A stretch of DNA of 64,000 nt from Myxococcota bacterium (GTDB lineage Bacteria > Myxococcota_A > UBA9160 > UBA4427): NCBI GenBank assembly GCA_965250285.1, contig OZ252299.1:288001-352000 (forward strand), in the 5' to 3' direction. The position numbers were made by a program, and so were the translations under genes. Within the stretch, counting starts at the first letter, position 1. Each line of letters opens with the position of its first letter. Under the pieces are notes generated by a model. It did no database searches, had not been told where the DNA came from, and saw nothing but the letters and a program-made list of their open reading frames with translations. Positions 28,453 to 38,830 of the stretch are shown piece by piece.

Positions 28453-29526
28453 CTAGCGCGCAGCGATCGAGGCGCAGCGCTCGCGCGCTGCGTTTCGGAG
28501 GAAGGGCTTGGCCATTTCGCGCCGGGCTCGCGGCCCGTTCAGGCAGCGCGCCTTGCGCTCTTCGAACGTGAGCGCAGCGCTCGTCGAGTCGCTGCCCGAA
28601 TCAGCCATGTGCTCGAGCGAGGCGTCTTCGTCGCCCGACGCGACCACGTCGGCTCGATCTTGCAGGAACGCTGAACGAAGCGCTGCATAGAAGTCGAGCG
28701 ACTGGTCGCGCAGCATCTCGAGCTCGAATTCACTCTGCTCGCGACGCGTGAAGTCTTTGCTGGCACCCATGATCATGCCGGGCAGCGGGCCGAGCACCCA
28801 GCTCGCGGGCTGCATGGCAAAGTCGGCGCCCATGCCGACGCCATGTCGCACCGTCATCGGGCCGAGGAAGGGGAAGATCAGGAAGGGCCCCTGCGGTGTC
28901 CCCCAGGTTGCGAGCGTCTGGCCGAAGTCGGCGTGCTGCTGCTTGAGGCCGATGCGGCTGCCGACGTCGAACAGACCGCCGAGACCGAAGGTCGTGTTGA
29001 ATACGAATCGGCCCAGCATGATGCCGGCCGCCTTCGGGCGACCCTGGAGCATGGCGTTCGTGAGTCGCGCCGGCGAGTCGAGGTTGCGGAAGACGTTGAA
29101 GACGCCTTCGCGTCCGGCCGACGGGACGAGCGCCTGATACACGCCGGTGATCGGCGTGAGCAGAAAACGATCGACGCCCCGGTTGAACTGGAACACGACT
29201 CGGTTCGCCGGCTCGAGCGGGTCTTCGTTCACGATGCCGTCGTACTCGTCGTCGAGGCTGAACTCGTCTTCGAACCACTCGTCGTCGTCCCAGGCCTCGG
29301 CGTCATCCGATGCCTGGGGCTTTGCCGTCTGGCCATCGGGCGACGGGTTCGCATCGAGCGAGGGCAGCGCACGGGGCTCGCTCTTGTCGTTCAGCGCGAG
29401 CAGGCTCTCCCCAGCCAGGGGGGCGCTCGGCGCAACCATCAGCAGAGCCACGCACGCGAGCACGCCGAGCCCGAGGTGGGCGGCGCGGCGCGGTGTGTCG
29501 CACGGCTTCGATTCGGCTCGACGCAT
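28453..29526 (-). CDS. mlaA: MlaA/VacJ family lipid-asymmetry protein
   Basis: DPLEPANRVVFQFN, RFVFNTTFGLGGLFD, DFGQTLATWG, PFLGP, DFYAALRSAFLQ. Confidence 0.88.
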   Translation of the reverse strand: MRRAESKPCDTPRRAAHLGLGVLACVALLMVAPSAPLAGESLLALNDKSEPRALPSLDANPSPDGQTAKPQASDDAEAWDDDEWFEDEFSLDDEYDGIVNEDPLEPANRVVFQFNRGVDRFLLTPITGVYQALVPSAGREGVFNVFRNLDSPARLTNAMLQGRPKAAGIMLGRFVFNTTFGLGGLFDVGSRIGLKQQHADFGQTLATWGTPQGPFLIFPFLGPMTVRHGVGMGADFAMQPASWVLGPLPGMIMGASKDFTRREQSEFELEMLRDQSLDFYAALRSAFLQDRADVVASGDEDASLEHMADSGSDSTSAALTFEERKARCLNGPRARREMAKPFLRNAARERCASIAAR

Positions 29527-30052
29527 CGGATCCTCGTAAGGGTGCGCCTCGGTGACCCGGGTCACTCGAAGCGCGCTCTGCGTTGGCTGGGGGAACGGGG
29601 AGGGTCGGCCAACAGCGCCCGATTGCAACTCCTGATCGGCGGGATTCTGCTTCGATTTCAGTCCTTTGGAGGATCATTCGGGCCCGGTGGGGGACCTGGG
29701 CCCCGGCAGGTCGAATAGGCCCCCCGCGGGTCTTCCCGGGCTCTTCGAATTGTGTCCAGAACCGTCGCGGCCCGCCCCTTCCGAGACGGACGGGGCAGCG
29801 CGGCACCGGGCGCGAGCGCCCGGCCCGGTTCACTCGGCCGGTCGAACTCGGCCGCGCGGGCCCTCCTGCTCGATCGTCGAGCGCCGAGCGTGGCGTCGGC
29901 GTGCTCGGCCCCCGCTCGCGCGGGCAGGCTAGGCTCCTCGCGCGCCTCGTCCGGCCTCTCCCTCGACTGGCCGTAGCCGGTCGGGCGAGCGAATGGCGTT
30001 CGTCGACGAAGCGCGCCGTACACGAAACGCAATCCGACCAGGAGCGACGTAG

Positions 30053-31057
30053 ATGAAGATCGATGGTGGAGTGATGGGCTTCGACCTGTCGAAGGTGCCG
30101 GCTCGGGCGAAGGCCCTCGAAGAGCTCGGGGTCGACGGCATCATGAGTGCCGAGGTGTCGAACGATCCGTTCCTGCCGCTGGCGCTCGCGGCCGAGCACA
30201 CCGAACGGGTGCGCCTGCAGACGAGCATCGCGGTCGCGTTCGCACGCAACCCGATGCTCCTGGCGCAGATGGGCCACGACCTGAACGCCTACTCGAAGGG
30301 GCGCTTCACCCTCGGCCTCGGCTCGCAGATCAAGCCGCACATCACGCGCCGCTTCAGCATGCCCTGGTCGAAGCCGGCCGCGCGCATGCGTGAGATGATC
30401 CTCGCGATGCGCGCGATCTGGGAGTGCTGGTATGACGGCAAGCCGCTCCACTTCGAGGGCGAGTTCTACGACCACACGCTGATGACGCCCATGTTCACGC
30501 CGCCGAACCTCGAGCACGGGGCGCCCGACGTTTGGCTCGCCGGGGTCGGGCCGCTGATGACCGAAGTCGCCGGAGAGGTCGCCGACGGTCTGATCGCTCA
30601 CGCCTTCACGACGCCGAAGTACATCGACGAGGTCACGATGCCCGCCGTGAAGAAGGGCCTCGCGAAGTCGGGTCGCAGCCTCGACGACTTCACGCTCGTG
30701 TGCCCGATCTTCACCGTGACGGGTGCGAACGAGGAGCAGATGAAGGCGAATCACACGGCGACCACCCGGCAGATCGCCTTCTACGCGTCGACGCCGGCCT
30801 ACCGGCCCGTGCTCGAGCTGCACGGCTGGAACGATCTCGGCCCCGAGTTGACCCGGATGTCGAAGCAGGGCCAGTGGGAAGAGATGGGGACGCTGATCAC
30901 CGACGACGTGTTGGCCGAGTTCGCGGTGGTCGGTACGCCCGACGAGGTCGTCGAGGGGCTGCGTACGCGGTACCCCCACGTCGATCGCACCGTGTTCAGC
31001 TTCGAGTTCCTGCCCAAGGATCAGCAGCGCGAAGTGCTCGCGCGGCTGCAGGCCTAG
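30053..31057 (+). CDS. F420-dependent LLM oxidoreductase (TIGR03617-like)
   Basis: [45 protein letters not shown]. Confidence 0.9.
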   Translation: MKIDGGVMGFDLSKVPARAKALEELGVDGIMSAEVSNDPFLPLALAAEHTERVRLQTSIAVAFARNPMLLAQMGHDLNAYSKGRFTLGLGSQIKPHITRRFSMPWSKPAARMREMILAMRAIWECWYDGKPLHFEGEFYDHTLMTPMFTPPNLEHGAPDVWLAGVGPLMTEVAGEVADGLIAHAFTTPKYIDEVTMPAVKKGLAKSGRSLDDFTLVCPIFTVTGANEEQMKANHTATTRQIAFYASTPAYRPVLELHGWNDLGPELTRMSKQGQWEEMGTLITDDVLAEFAVVGTPDEVVEGLRTRYPHVDRTVFSFEFLPKDQQREVLARLQA

Positions 31058-31062
31058 CCGGC

Positions 31063-32253
31063 GTGCCGCACTCACTCGGTGAAGCGCGTCCGTTCGGTCT
31101 CGGCTACTGGCCGCTGCCCGAAGACGAGCCCGATCGCCCGGTCACGCGCGAGCCCGTGCGCATCGTGACCGAAGATCGCGCGCTCGTGCGCGGCATGCTG
31201 TGGACGCCGGCCGACGGCCGGCCGTGGAAGACCGCGATCGTGCTCTCGCACCCGCGCGGTGACTTCTCGGTGCACTATGCCTGCCCGCTGCTCGCGGCCG
31301 CGGGCTACGCCGTACTCGGCTTCGCGACCCGCTACATCAACAACGACACCGACTGCCTGCACGAGCGGTGCGTCGTCGACGTGGCGGCCGCCGTGGGCGA
31401 GATGCGAAGGCGGGGGGCCGAGGCGGTCGTGCTCTTCGGCAACAGCGGCGGTGGGTCGCTGATGGCGCTGACCCAGAAGGAGCGCGACTGCGGCGACGGG
31501 TTCGTCGCGGTGGCGGCGCATCCGGGCGAGGGCGTCTTCATGGCCCAGGTGATCGACCCGTCTGTGGCCGACGAAGACGACCCCCGAGCGGTGATCCCCG
31601 AGCTCGACATGTACGACCCCGACAACGGCTGGCGACCCTGGCCCGAGCCGTGCAGCTACGATCGCGACTGGCTCGTGCGCTATCGCGAGGCCCAGCTCGC
31701 TCGCATCGCGCGACTCGACACGATCGCCAAGGCGTCGATCGACGAGGCCCAGGCGAGCTTCCGGCGCGCGCGAGAGATCGACAAGCTGAAGGATCCACGC
31801 GCCTGGCGACGCGAGCGCAGCCGGGGCGTGCACACGAAGTACATGACGATCTACCGGACGCTCGCCGATCCGGCCTATCTCGACCTCGACATCGATCCCG
31901 ACGATCGCCCAATGGGATCGCTCTTCGCCTTCCCCGATCCGCTCGATGCGAACTATGGCCTCGGCGGCCTCGCGCGCGTGATGACGGCGCGCGGTTGGCT
32001 CTCGACGTGGTCGGCGCTCTCGTCGGGGGCGAAGCTCGCCGATACGATGGCGTCGGTGACGGTGCCGACGTTGATCCAGCACCCGACCGCCGATACCGAG
32101 ATTCGTGTCCACCAGGCGCTGGCGATTCGCGACGCATCGCCGGCCGACGATCTCACGTATCAGCAGCTCGAAGGCGCCCCGCACTACCTCGAGGGCCACC
32201 GACCCGAAGCGATGCGCGCGGTGGCCGAGTGGGTCGCCGCTCGATTCCCCTGA
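31063..32253 (+). CDS. Alpha/beta hydrolase
   Basis: GNSGGG nucleophile elbow, AAHPG, TADTE, GAPHY; start estimated. Confidence 0.8.
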   Translation: MPHSLGEARPFGLGYWPLPEDEPDRPVTREPVRIVTEDRALVRGMLWTPADGRPWKTAIVLSHPRGDFSVHYACPLLAAAGYAVLGFATRYINNDTDCLHERCVVDVAAAVGEMRRRGAEAVVLFGNSGGGSLMALTQKERDCGDGFVAVAAHPGEGVFMAQVIDPSVADEDDPRAVIPELDMYDPDNGWRPWPEPCSYDRDWLVRYREAQLARIARLDTIAKASIDEAQASFRRAREIDKLKDPRAWRRERSRGVHTKYMTIYRTLADPAYLDLDIDPDDRPMGSLFAFPDPLDANYGLGGLARVMTARGWLSTWSALSSGAKLADTMASVTVPTLIQHPTADTEIRVHQALAIRDASPADDLTYQQLEGAPHYLEGHRPEAMRAVAEWVAARFP

Positions 32254-32263
32254 TCCATCGCGC

Positions 32264-32920
32264 TCAGGCGTGCGGGAGCTGGCTGCGGTCGCCGACGTCG
32301 CCGACGGGCTTGGCGGGGATGCCGACGGCCAGCGTGTGCTCGGGGATCGAGCGGGTCACGACGCTTCGGGTTCCGACCACGCTCTGCGAGCCGATCGTGA
32401 CGCCCTTCAGCACGGTGGTATCCGACGCGACCCAGACCCACGACCCGATCGTGACCGGCGCGGTCTGCTCGGGACGCGCATCGTCGAGATCGTGCTGATC
32501 ACTGTCGAAGACGCGCGATCCGAAGCCGATCATCGTCTCTTGGCCGATCACCAGGCGCTCCTTGGCGCTCAAGTGGCAGCCGTTCATCCAGGCGTGTGGG
32601 CCGATCTCGATGCGTGCGCCTTCGAACGCGGCGATGTGGGTCGGATGCACGTTCGCGCGCAGCCAGGCGCCACGCTCGATCCGCACGTGGGCGCCGGCTT
32701 CGACGTGAAAACGCACACCGCGCGGGATCCGATCGGCCTCGACACCGGGGCCGATCTCGAGCCGCGCGCCGGGGGCGAGGCCGAACTCGGCGACGGCGAG
32801 GTTGGTCGACGCCGTGGGGTCGATCGTGAGCCCGGGATGCCGTCGCATCAGGCGGCGCAGACGAAAACGATCCCACGCCTGGATCAGGCGCAGCAATAGG
32901 ACGAGGTGTCGAGGCGGCAC
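32264..32920 (-). CDS. Hexapeptide-repeat (LbH) acyltransferase
   Basis: DSDQH, PVTIGSWVWV..VLKGVTIG..VVGTRSVVT..AVGIPAK. Confidence 0.85.
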   Translation of the reverse strand: MPPRHLVLLLRLIQAWDRFRLRRLMRRHPGLTIDPTASTNLAVAEFGLAPGARLEIGPGVEADRIPRGVRFHVEAGAHVRIERGAWLRANVHPTHIAAFEGARIEIGPHAWMNGCHLSAKERLVIGQETMIGFGSRVFDSDQHDLDDARPEQTAPVTIGSWVWVASDTTVLKGVTIGSQSVVGTRSVVTRSIPEHTLAVGIPAKPVGDVGDRSQLPHA

Positions 32921-32983
32921 GGCGAGACGGTAGCGCCCCGCGTCGCCGGCGAGTCGAAGCCTCGAGGCCGCGTGGGCCGGCGG

Positions 32984-33574
32984 CTAGAACCGCAGGCGCA
33001 ATCCTCCGACGCCCGTGAAGCCGTCGAAGCCCTTGCCGCGCACGTGGGAGTAGTCGCCGGTCAGTGCCCACGTGTACCCGAAGCGGCCCTCGCCGAAGAG
33101 GCCGATGCGTCCGCCGGCGACCGGGACGTGCAGGCCGAACAGGCCGATCACCGACGCCGAGAGTCCGAGCTCCGAGCCCCGCGTCGACGTGCTGGCCGTG
33201 CGAATGGCGCCAAGACCGCCGCCACCGCCGAAGTAGGGCGAGATGCGCTTGGGCGCGAAGACGAAGCGACCGAGCAGTCGCACGTTGTAGAGGTCGACGG
33301 GCACGTCTTCGATGGCGCCGCCGGCCGGCGAAGCGTCCTGCCGGCGAAACTCGAACTCGGTGCCGCCCAGGAAGTGCTTCGAGCCCCACATGTGGCCGCC
33401 GAACTCGCCGAGCACCGTCCATCCCACCTGTCCCTTGTACGGGATCGCGACACCGCCGCCGACGCCGATGAATCGATCGGCGAGTGCAGGGCCGGGTAGG
33501 GCGACGAGGCATGCCCCGAGCAGGGCGGCGGAAAGAACGCGGGCGTGCGCCCGCAGCGACCGGTGGGCCGACAT
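32984..33574 (-). CDS. Outer-membrane beta-barrel protein (8-stranded type)
   Basis: Signal peptide (..PALA), ISPYFGGGGG, C-terminal GGLRLRF. Confidence 0.75.
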   Translation of the reverse strand: MSAHRSLRAHARVLSAALLGACLVALPGPALADRFIGVGGGVAIPYKGQVGWTVLGEFGGHMWGSKHFLGGTEFEFRRQDASPAGGAIEDVPVDLYNVRLLGRFVFAPKRISPYFGGGGGLGAIRTASTSTRGSELGLSASVIGLFGLHVPVAGGRIGLFGEGRFGYTWALTGDYSHVRGKGFDGFTGVGGLRLRF

Positions 33575-33809
33575 CGACGAATCCTCCTCGGCCCGGATCG
33601 GGCCTCTGCACCCAATCGGCGCGGGCGGCGGTGATCTGGAGAACTCTTTTCGATTCGCGGAGTTGCGGGCCGTCCTGCCGCCGCCTGGAGGCGCAAAACG
33701 TCTTTGATCACGGGGGGTTGGCGGCGGCGGGGCGGCGCGCGCACTTCGACTAAGCTCGCTCGCCCACGCCGGCGGCTCGGCCGGCGTGCTCCCGGGAGAA
33801 GCGACCCGC

Positions 33810-36038
33810 ATGGTCCAGAAGATCGGTGTCGGCCTGTTGATCGTCGCCGTGCTCATGGCGGGGCTCGTCTATGCATCGGGGATGGGCTGGCTCGGTTCGC
33901 GCGACGTGCGACGCGGCGTGGTGTCGACGCCGCGTCCCGAGGCCGAGACCACCGCCCGCGTCGATGCACAGCGCGCCGGCGCCGCCGCGGTCGAGGCCGA
34001 CGCATCGAAGCAGATCCTCTTCGGCGACTTCCATGTTCACACCACGTACTCGGCCGACGCGTTCATGTTGAGCCTGCCGCTGGCCCAGGGCGAGGGCGCG
34101 CACCCGCCCGCCGACGCCTGCGACTTCGCGCGCTTCTGTTCGGCACTCGACTTCTGGTCGATCAACGACCATGCCGAGAACATGACGCCGGCGCAGTGGC
34201 AGGAGACCGTCGATGCGATCCGCAGCTGCAACGCAGTCGCGCCCGACAGCGAGCCCGACACGGTGGCGTTCCTCGGTTGGGAGTGGACGAACGTCGGCGT
34301 GACGCCCGACGATCATTGGGGCCACAAGAACGTCGTCGTCCGGGGTCTGTCGGACGACGAGGTGCCGGCACGACCGATCTCGTCGCGCGGCATGGCCTCG
34401 GCCGCGCTCGGCACCGGCCCAGGGGTCTGGGTGCGCGGCCTGATGGCGCTCGGCGGGCGCGATCGGCGGTATCACGACTTCGCGCGCTTCCTGGCTGAGC
34501 GCGACCAGAACGTCGCGTGCGAAGCCGACGTGCACGTGCGCAAGCTGCCCCGCGACTGCGTCGAGTCGGCCGAAGACCCGGCCACGCTCTTTCGCAAGCT
34601 CGACGAGTGGGGCTTCGCCTCGCTCGTGATCCCCCACGGCACGTCCTGGGGCTTCTACACGCCGCCCGGCTCGAGCTGGGACAAACAGCTGACGCGCGAG
34701 CAGCACGACCCCGATCGCCAGACCCTCGTCGAGCTGTACTCGGGCCATGGCAACTCGGAGCTCTATCGACCCTGGCGCGCGGTGATCGAGGACGGCGCCG
34801 GCGGCTACCTGTGCCCCGAGCCGAGCCCCGACTTCGAGCCGACGTGTTGGCGGGCGGGCGAGATCATTCGCCAGCGCTGCCTCGACGAAGGCGTCGAGGC
34901 GGCCGAGTGCGATACGCGCGCGGCCCAGGCGCGGCTGCATGCGGCGAACGCGGGCGTGGCCGGCCACCTGACCGTGCCGGGCGCGGAGGCCGACGAGTGG
35001 CTCGACGCCGGCCAGTGTCGCGACTGCTTCCTGCCCGCCTTCAACATGCGGCCGGCGAACTCGGTGCAGTACATGATGGCGCGCAAGGACTGGACCGATC
35101 CCGACGCCCCCCGCTCGTTTCGCTTCGGTGTCATCGCCTCGAGTGACATCCATTTTGCGCGCCCCGGCACCGGCTACAAGGAGTTCGCGCGCGAGGGCAT
35201 GAGCGAGTCGATCACGCGCGGCAACCTCGCGTTCGTCGCGCCGCCCGAGGCCGAGCCGGTGGCCGAGTCGGTGCCGTTCGGGCCCGACGACGTCGGCGAC
35301 GTGCAGGGCTTCCAGCTCGTCGAAATGGAGCGCCAGGGCTCCTTCTTCGCCACCGGGGGCCTGGTCGCGGCCCACGCGCCCGGGCGAGATCGGGATTCGA
35401 TCTGGGGTGCCCTCGATCGACGCGAGGTGTACGGCACGAGCGGTCCGCGGATCCTGCTCTGGTTCGATCTCGTCAACGCCGGCCAGGGCGAGGCGCGCGC
35501 GCCGATGGGCTCGCAGGTGCAGCTGCCCCGGTCGCCGAAATTCGAGGTGCGCGCCGTCGGCAGCTTCGAACAGAAGCCCGGCTGCCCCGACTCGAGCGTG
35601 CAGGCCCTGGGCGCCGACGAGATCGAACGCCTCTGCAAGGGTGAGTGCTATCACCCGTCCGAGCAGCGGCGGCCGATCACGAGAATCGAGGTCGTCCGGG
35701 TGCGCCCCCAGCAGCGGCCCGACGAGCCGGTCGACGCGCTCATCGAAGATCCGTGGCGGGTACTCGAGTGCCCAGGGGTCGAGGAGGGCTGCGTCGTGCG
35801 CTTCGACGACCCCGAGTTCGAGACGAGCCCGCGTGAGACGCTCTACTACGTGCGAGCCATCGAGGCGCCGAGCCTGGCCGTGAACGGCGACAACCTGCGC
35901 TGCGACCGCGACGCTTCGGGGCGCTGCGTGCGGGTGAACCGCTGCGCGGTGCCGGGCGACGAAGGCGACGACTGCCTGGCCGAGATCGAAGAGCGCGCAT
36001 GGTCGTCCCCGATCTACGTCGATCCGGTCGGACTCTGA
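33810..36038 (+). CDS. DUF3604 domain protein (PHP-like metallohydrolase)
   Basis: FGDFHVHTTYSAD, LDFWSINDHAE, GWEWT, HKNV, ASSDIH, EERAWSSPI. Confidence 0.9.
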   Translation: MVQKIGVGLLIVAVLMAGLVYASGMGWLGSRDVRRGVVSTPRPEAETTARVDAQRAGAAAVEADASKQILFGDFHVHTTYSADAFMLSLPLAQGEGAHPPADACDFARFCSALDFWSINDHAENMTPAQWQETVDAIRSCNAVAPDSEPDTVAFLGWEWTNVGVTPDDHWGHKNVVVRGLSDDEVPARPISSRGMASAALGTGPGVWVRGLMALGGRDRRYHDFARFLAERDQNVACEADVHVRKLPRDCVESAEDPATLFRKLDEWGFASLVIPHGTSWGFYTPPGSSWDKQLTREQHDPDRQTLVELYSGHGNSELYRPWRAVIEDGAGGYLCPEPSPDFEPTCWRAGEIIRQRCLDEGVEAAECDTRAAQARLHAANAGVAGHLTVPGAEADEWLDAGQCRDCFLPAFNMRPANSVQYMMARKDWTDPDAPRSFRFGVIASSDIHFARPGTGYKEFAREGMSESITRGNLAFVAPPEAEPVAESVPFGPDDVGDVQGFQLVEMERQGSFFATGGLVAAHAPGRDRDSIWGALDRREVYGTSGPRILLWFDLVNAGQGEARAPMGSQVQLPRSPKFEVRAVGSFEQKPGCPDSSVQALGADEIERLCKGECYHPSEQRRPITRIEVVRVRPQQRPDEPVDALIEDPWRVLECPGVEEGCVVRFDDPEFETSPRETLYYVRAIEAPSLAVNGDNLRCDRDASGRCVRVNRCAVPGDEGDDCLAEIEERAWSSPIYVDPVGL

Positions 36039-36109
36039 TCGAGTCCGCGCGGGGCGACACGAGCGACAGCAACCCAGAGCCAACTCAACGAAGAAGGACC
36101 GAGAGCGAG

Positions 36110-36901
36110 ATGACGAAGCTGGACGGAAAGGTCGCGCTGGTGACGGCGGGTGCGACGGGCATCGGGTACGGCTGCGCCGAGGCGATCATCGCCGCGGGGG
36201 GCCGGGTCATGATCTGCGCCCGTCGCGAGGACGTATTGAAGGAGGCCGCCGCGAACCTCGGCGAGGCCGCGGAATGGATCGCGTGCGACGTCGGGGACGA
36301 GGCGTCGGCGAACGCTGCGGTGGAGGCGACGGTCGAACGTCTCGGTCGGCTCGATCTCGCGGTGAACGCGGCGGGTACGGGCGCGGCGAGTCCGCTGCTC
36401 TCGATGCCGACGGAGCAGTGGGACAACTGCATCAACACGAATCTGACGGGCGCCTTCTACTGCGTGCGCGCCCAGGCGAACGCGATGGTCGCGGCCGGCG
36501 GTGGCGGCAGCATCGTCAACGTGAGCTCGATCGCCGGCACGCTGCCCCACCCCTGGATGAGCCCGTACTGCGTCTCGAAGGCCGGGCTCGACATGCTCAC
36601 GCGCTGCGCGGCCGAAGAGCTGGGCGAGCACGGGATCCGGGTGAACTCGGTGCAGCCCGGCGTCGTGAAGACGCCGATGGCGTCGATGCTCTCGGACAAT
36701 GAGGTCTCGCGGGAGGAGTACATGCGCCGGATGCCGATCGCGCGGGTCGGCGAGCCCGAGGACGTCGGCCAGCTCGTCACCTTCCTGCTCTCCGACGCGG
36801 CCAGCTGGATCACCGGCCAGGTGATCGGCGTGAACGGAGGCCATGATCTGCGCGGCGGGCCCGATCTGAAGCCGCTGTTCAAGAGCTTCGGAATGGGCTG
36901 A
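36110..36901 (+). CDS. SDR family oxidoreductase
   Basis: TAGATGIG, NAAG, YCVSK. Confidence 0.92.
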   Translation: MTKLDGKVALVTAGATGIGYGCAEAIIAAGGRVMICARREDVLKEAAANLGEAAEWIACDVGDEASANAAVEATVERLGRLDLAVNAAGTGAASPLLSMPTEQWDNCINTNLTGAFYCVRAQANAMVAAGGGGSIVNVSSIAGTLPHPWMSPYCVSKAGLDMLTRCAAEELGEHGIRVNSVQPGVVKTPMASMLSDNEVSREEYMRRMPIARVGEPEDVGQLVTFLLSDAASWITGQVIGVNGGHDLRGGPDLKPLFKSFGMG

Positions 36902-37035
36902 GGCGCCCGTCACCGAGCCGATCTGGACACGCGGGGCGGTGAGGCCGAACGCGTCGCGGCGGAATCGAAGGTCACGTGCCGGCCCAGGTTCGCCGGCCGC
37001 ACGTGGACGCCCAGGGCAGGGAGTGAGGACGGTCG

Positions 37036-38244
37036 ATGGCGAAGATGCTGGGTCTGGCGCTGGTGCTCGTGTCGGCATCGGAGGCGTGGCTGGCGTTCCT
37101 GCTCGGGCGCGCGATGGGGCGCCCCCTCGATCCGGGCCTTGCCCTCGCGCTCGTGCCGGTGCTGCTCGTTCTGAACGCCCTCTGCCTGCCGCTGGCGCGC
37201 CGCTCGCTGCGCAGCGACTCGCGCCTCACGAAGCAGGCGGCGCGCACGTGGATGATCACCAGCATCGCCTTTCTGCTCGGCGGCACTCTGAGTGTGCTCG
37301 CCTTCGTGCTCGGGGGTGGGCTCGGTGTCGCCGGGTCGCTCGTCCTGGGGCAGCCGGCCTTCGGGGCTGAGGCGGTGCCGTCCGACGAGGCGCTTTGGCC
37401 GCTGCGCACGGCGGTCGGCGGGGCGATGGCCGGCGGCGTCGTGGGCTTCGCCGCGATCTGGTGGGGCTACGTCGTGGGCCAGCGCTGGGTGCACGTCGAG
37501 GACGTCGCGCTGCCCACCGCTGGCTCGAACCCGGCGCTCGCCGCCCTGCGCATTGCGCACGTGACCGATCTGCATGTCGGGCCGCTGCTCCGCGCGCCGC
37601 GCCTCGCCAAGCTCGTCGATCGCATCAACGCGACGTCCCCGGACGTGATCGTCCTGACCGGCGACATCTTCGACTTCGATCCGGCCTATGTCGAAGAGGG
37701 CTGCCGCGAGCTCGCGGCGCTGTCGGCCCCACTCGGCGTCTACGCCGTGCTCGGCAACCACGACGTCTACACCGGGGCCGACGTCGTCGCCGAGGGGCTC
37801 GCTCGCGCCGGGCTCACCGTGCTGCGCGACCAGTGGTGCGTCGTGGGCGAGGGCGACGCCCGGTTCTGTCTGGTCGGGGCGGAGGATCCCGGCGTCGGCT
37901 GGCAGAAGCGCGACAGCGAGCTGCCCGCGCTCGACCGACTGGCGCGTGAGGCACCGAACGATCTGCCGCGTCTGCTGCTCGTGCACCGTCCGAGCTTCTT
38001 CGGGCAGGCGGTCCGACTCGGCTTTCCCGCGATCCTCACCGGCCACACGCACGGTGGGCAGCTCGCGCCGCCGTTCATGCGCGAGCACAACGTGTCGCGG
38101 GTGATCTCGCGTTGGACACGTGGCCTCTACCGCGACGGCCAGAGCACGATGTACGTGAACCCGGGCATCGGCGTGGCGGGCCTGCCCGTGCGGCTCAACT
38201 GCCCGCGCGAGATCGCGATGATTCGGATGGTCGAGGCGGCCTAG
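37036..38244 (+). CDS. Membrane-anchored metallophosphoesterase (YkuE-like)
   Basis: N-terminal TM helices; DLH, GDIFD, GNHD, H, GHTHGGQ. Confidence 0.9.
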   Translation: MAKMLGLALVLVSASEAWLAFLLGRAMGRPLDPGLALALVPVLLVLNALCLPLARRSLRSDSRLTKQAARTWMITSIAFLLGGTLSVLAFVLGGGLGVAGSLVLGQPAFGAEAVPSDEALWPLRTAVGGAMAGGVVGFAAIWWGYVVGQRWVHVEDVALPTAGSNPALAALRIAHVTDLHVGPLLRAPRLAKLVDRINATSPDVIVLTGDIFDFDPAYVEEGCRELAALSAPLGVYAVLGNHDVYTGADVVAEGLARAGLTVLRDQWCVVGEGDARFCLVGAEDPGVGWQKRDSELPALDRLAREAPNDLPRLLLVHRPSFFGQAVRLGFPAILTGHTHGGQLAPPFMREHNVSRVISRWTRGLYRDGQSTMYVNPGIGVAGLPVRLNCPREIAMIRMVEAA

Positions 38245-38271
38245 CGACCGGGGTCGGTCGCGCGCCGCACG

Positions 38272-38577
38272 TCAGCCGGCCAGGCGGCTGAACACGTCCT
38301 CGGGGCTGTTGCCCGGTCCATCGGTGTCGGGCGCCGCTGCGAGCGCGCTCTTGATGGTCGAGCAGACCGACGCTGTGTCGGAGACGCCGCGCGCTTCGAG
38401 CTCGCGGGGCAGGATCTTGTCGACCACGACCGACAGCTGACTGCCGCTCACCGACGCGGCGTCGAGACCGGCCTCCTTGAGAGCGAGACGAATCGTGCCG
38501 CGCGCCTCGATGCGTTCCAGGCTCGAAGCCTGCTCGAGCTGCTCACACGCGATCGTGAAGGCCTGACTCTCGGCCAT
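38272..38577 (-). CDS. Hypothetical helical protein (101 aa)
   Basis: MAESQAF...EARGTIRLALKEAGLD...SPEDVFSRLAG; GGAGG RBS. Confidence 0.65.
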   Translation of the reverse strand: MAESQAFTIACEQLEQASSLERIEARGTIRLALKEAGLDAASVSGSQLSVVVDKILPRELEARGVSDTASVCSTIKSALAAAPDTDGPGNSPEDVFSRLAG

Positions 38578-38643
38578 GTCCGTCACCCTCCCCATGGACC
38601 CGTCCGGCGTTGAATGGCGCCGGGCGTCGATGGCTTCGGGACC

Positions 38644-38670
38644 TATCGGCCGTGTGCAGGTCGGGCCTGA
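38644..38670 (-). promoter_or_regulatory. Possible sigma28-like promoter
   Basis: TCAG-N16-GCCGATA on the minus strand. Confidence 0.3.
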
Positions 38671-38830
38671 GGGCCCGCCGGCGCTTTTTTCGTGAATCAG
38701 AGGGGTTGGGGGCGAAAGCACGCACTGGCTGCACATCAGTCGAGGGCGGCGTGTCACGCCCGGGGCCCGACGCGCTGGCTGCGGTCGCCGCGGCGCCGCG
38801 AGCCACAGCCCGAAGGGCCTGCGCGTGCGC

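Noticed and set aside
30532..31062. N-terminal extension of the alpha/beta hydrolase ORF
   Set aside because: Overlaps the LLM gene in another frame; the real start is probably GTG 31063
38662..38690. Hairpin plus T6 tract as an intrinsic terminator
   Set aside because: The T-tract is on the plus strand, separated from the stem, while both flanking genes are on the minus strand
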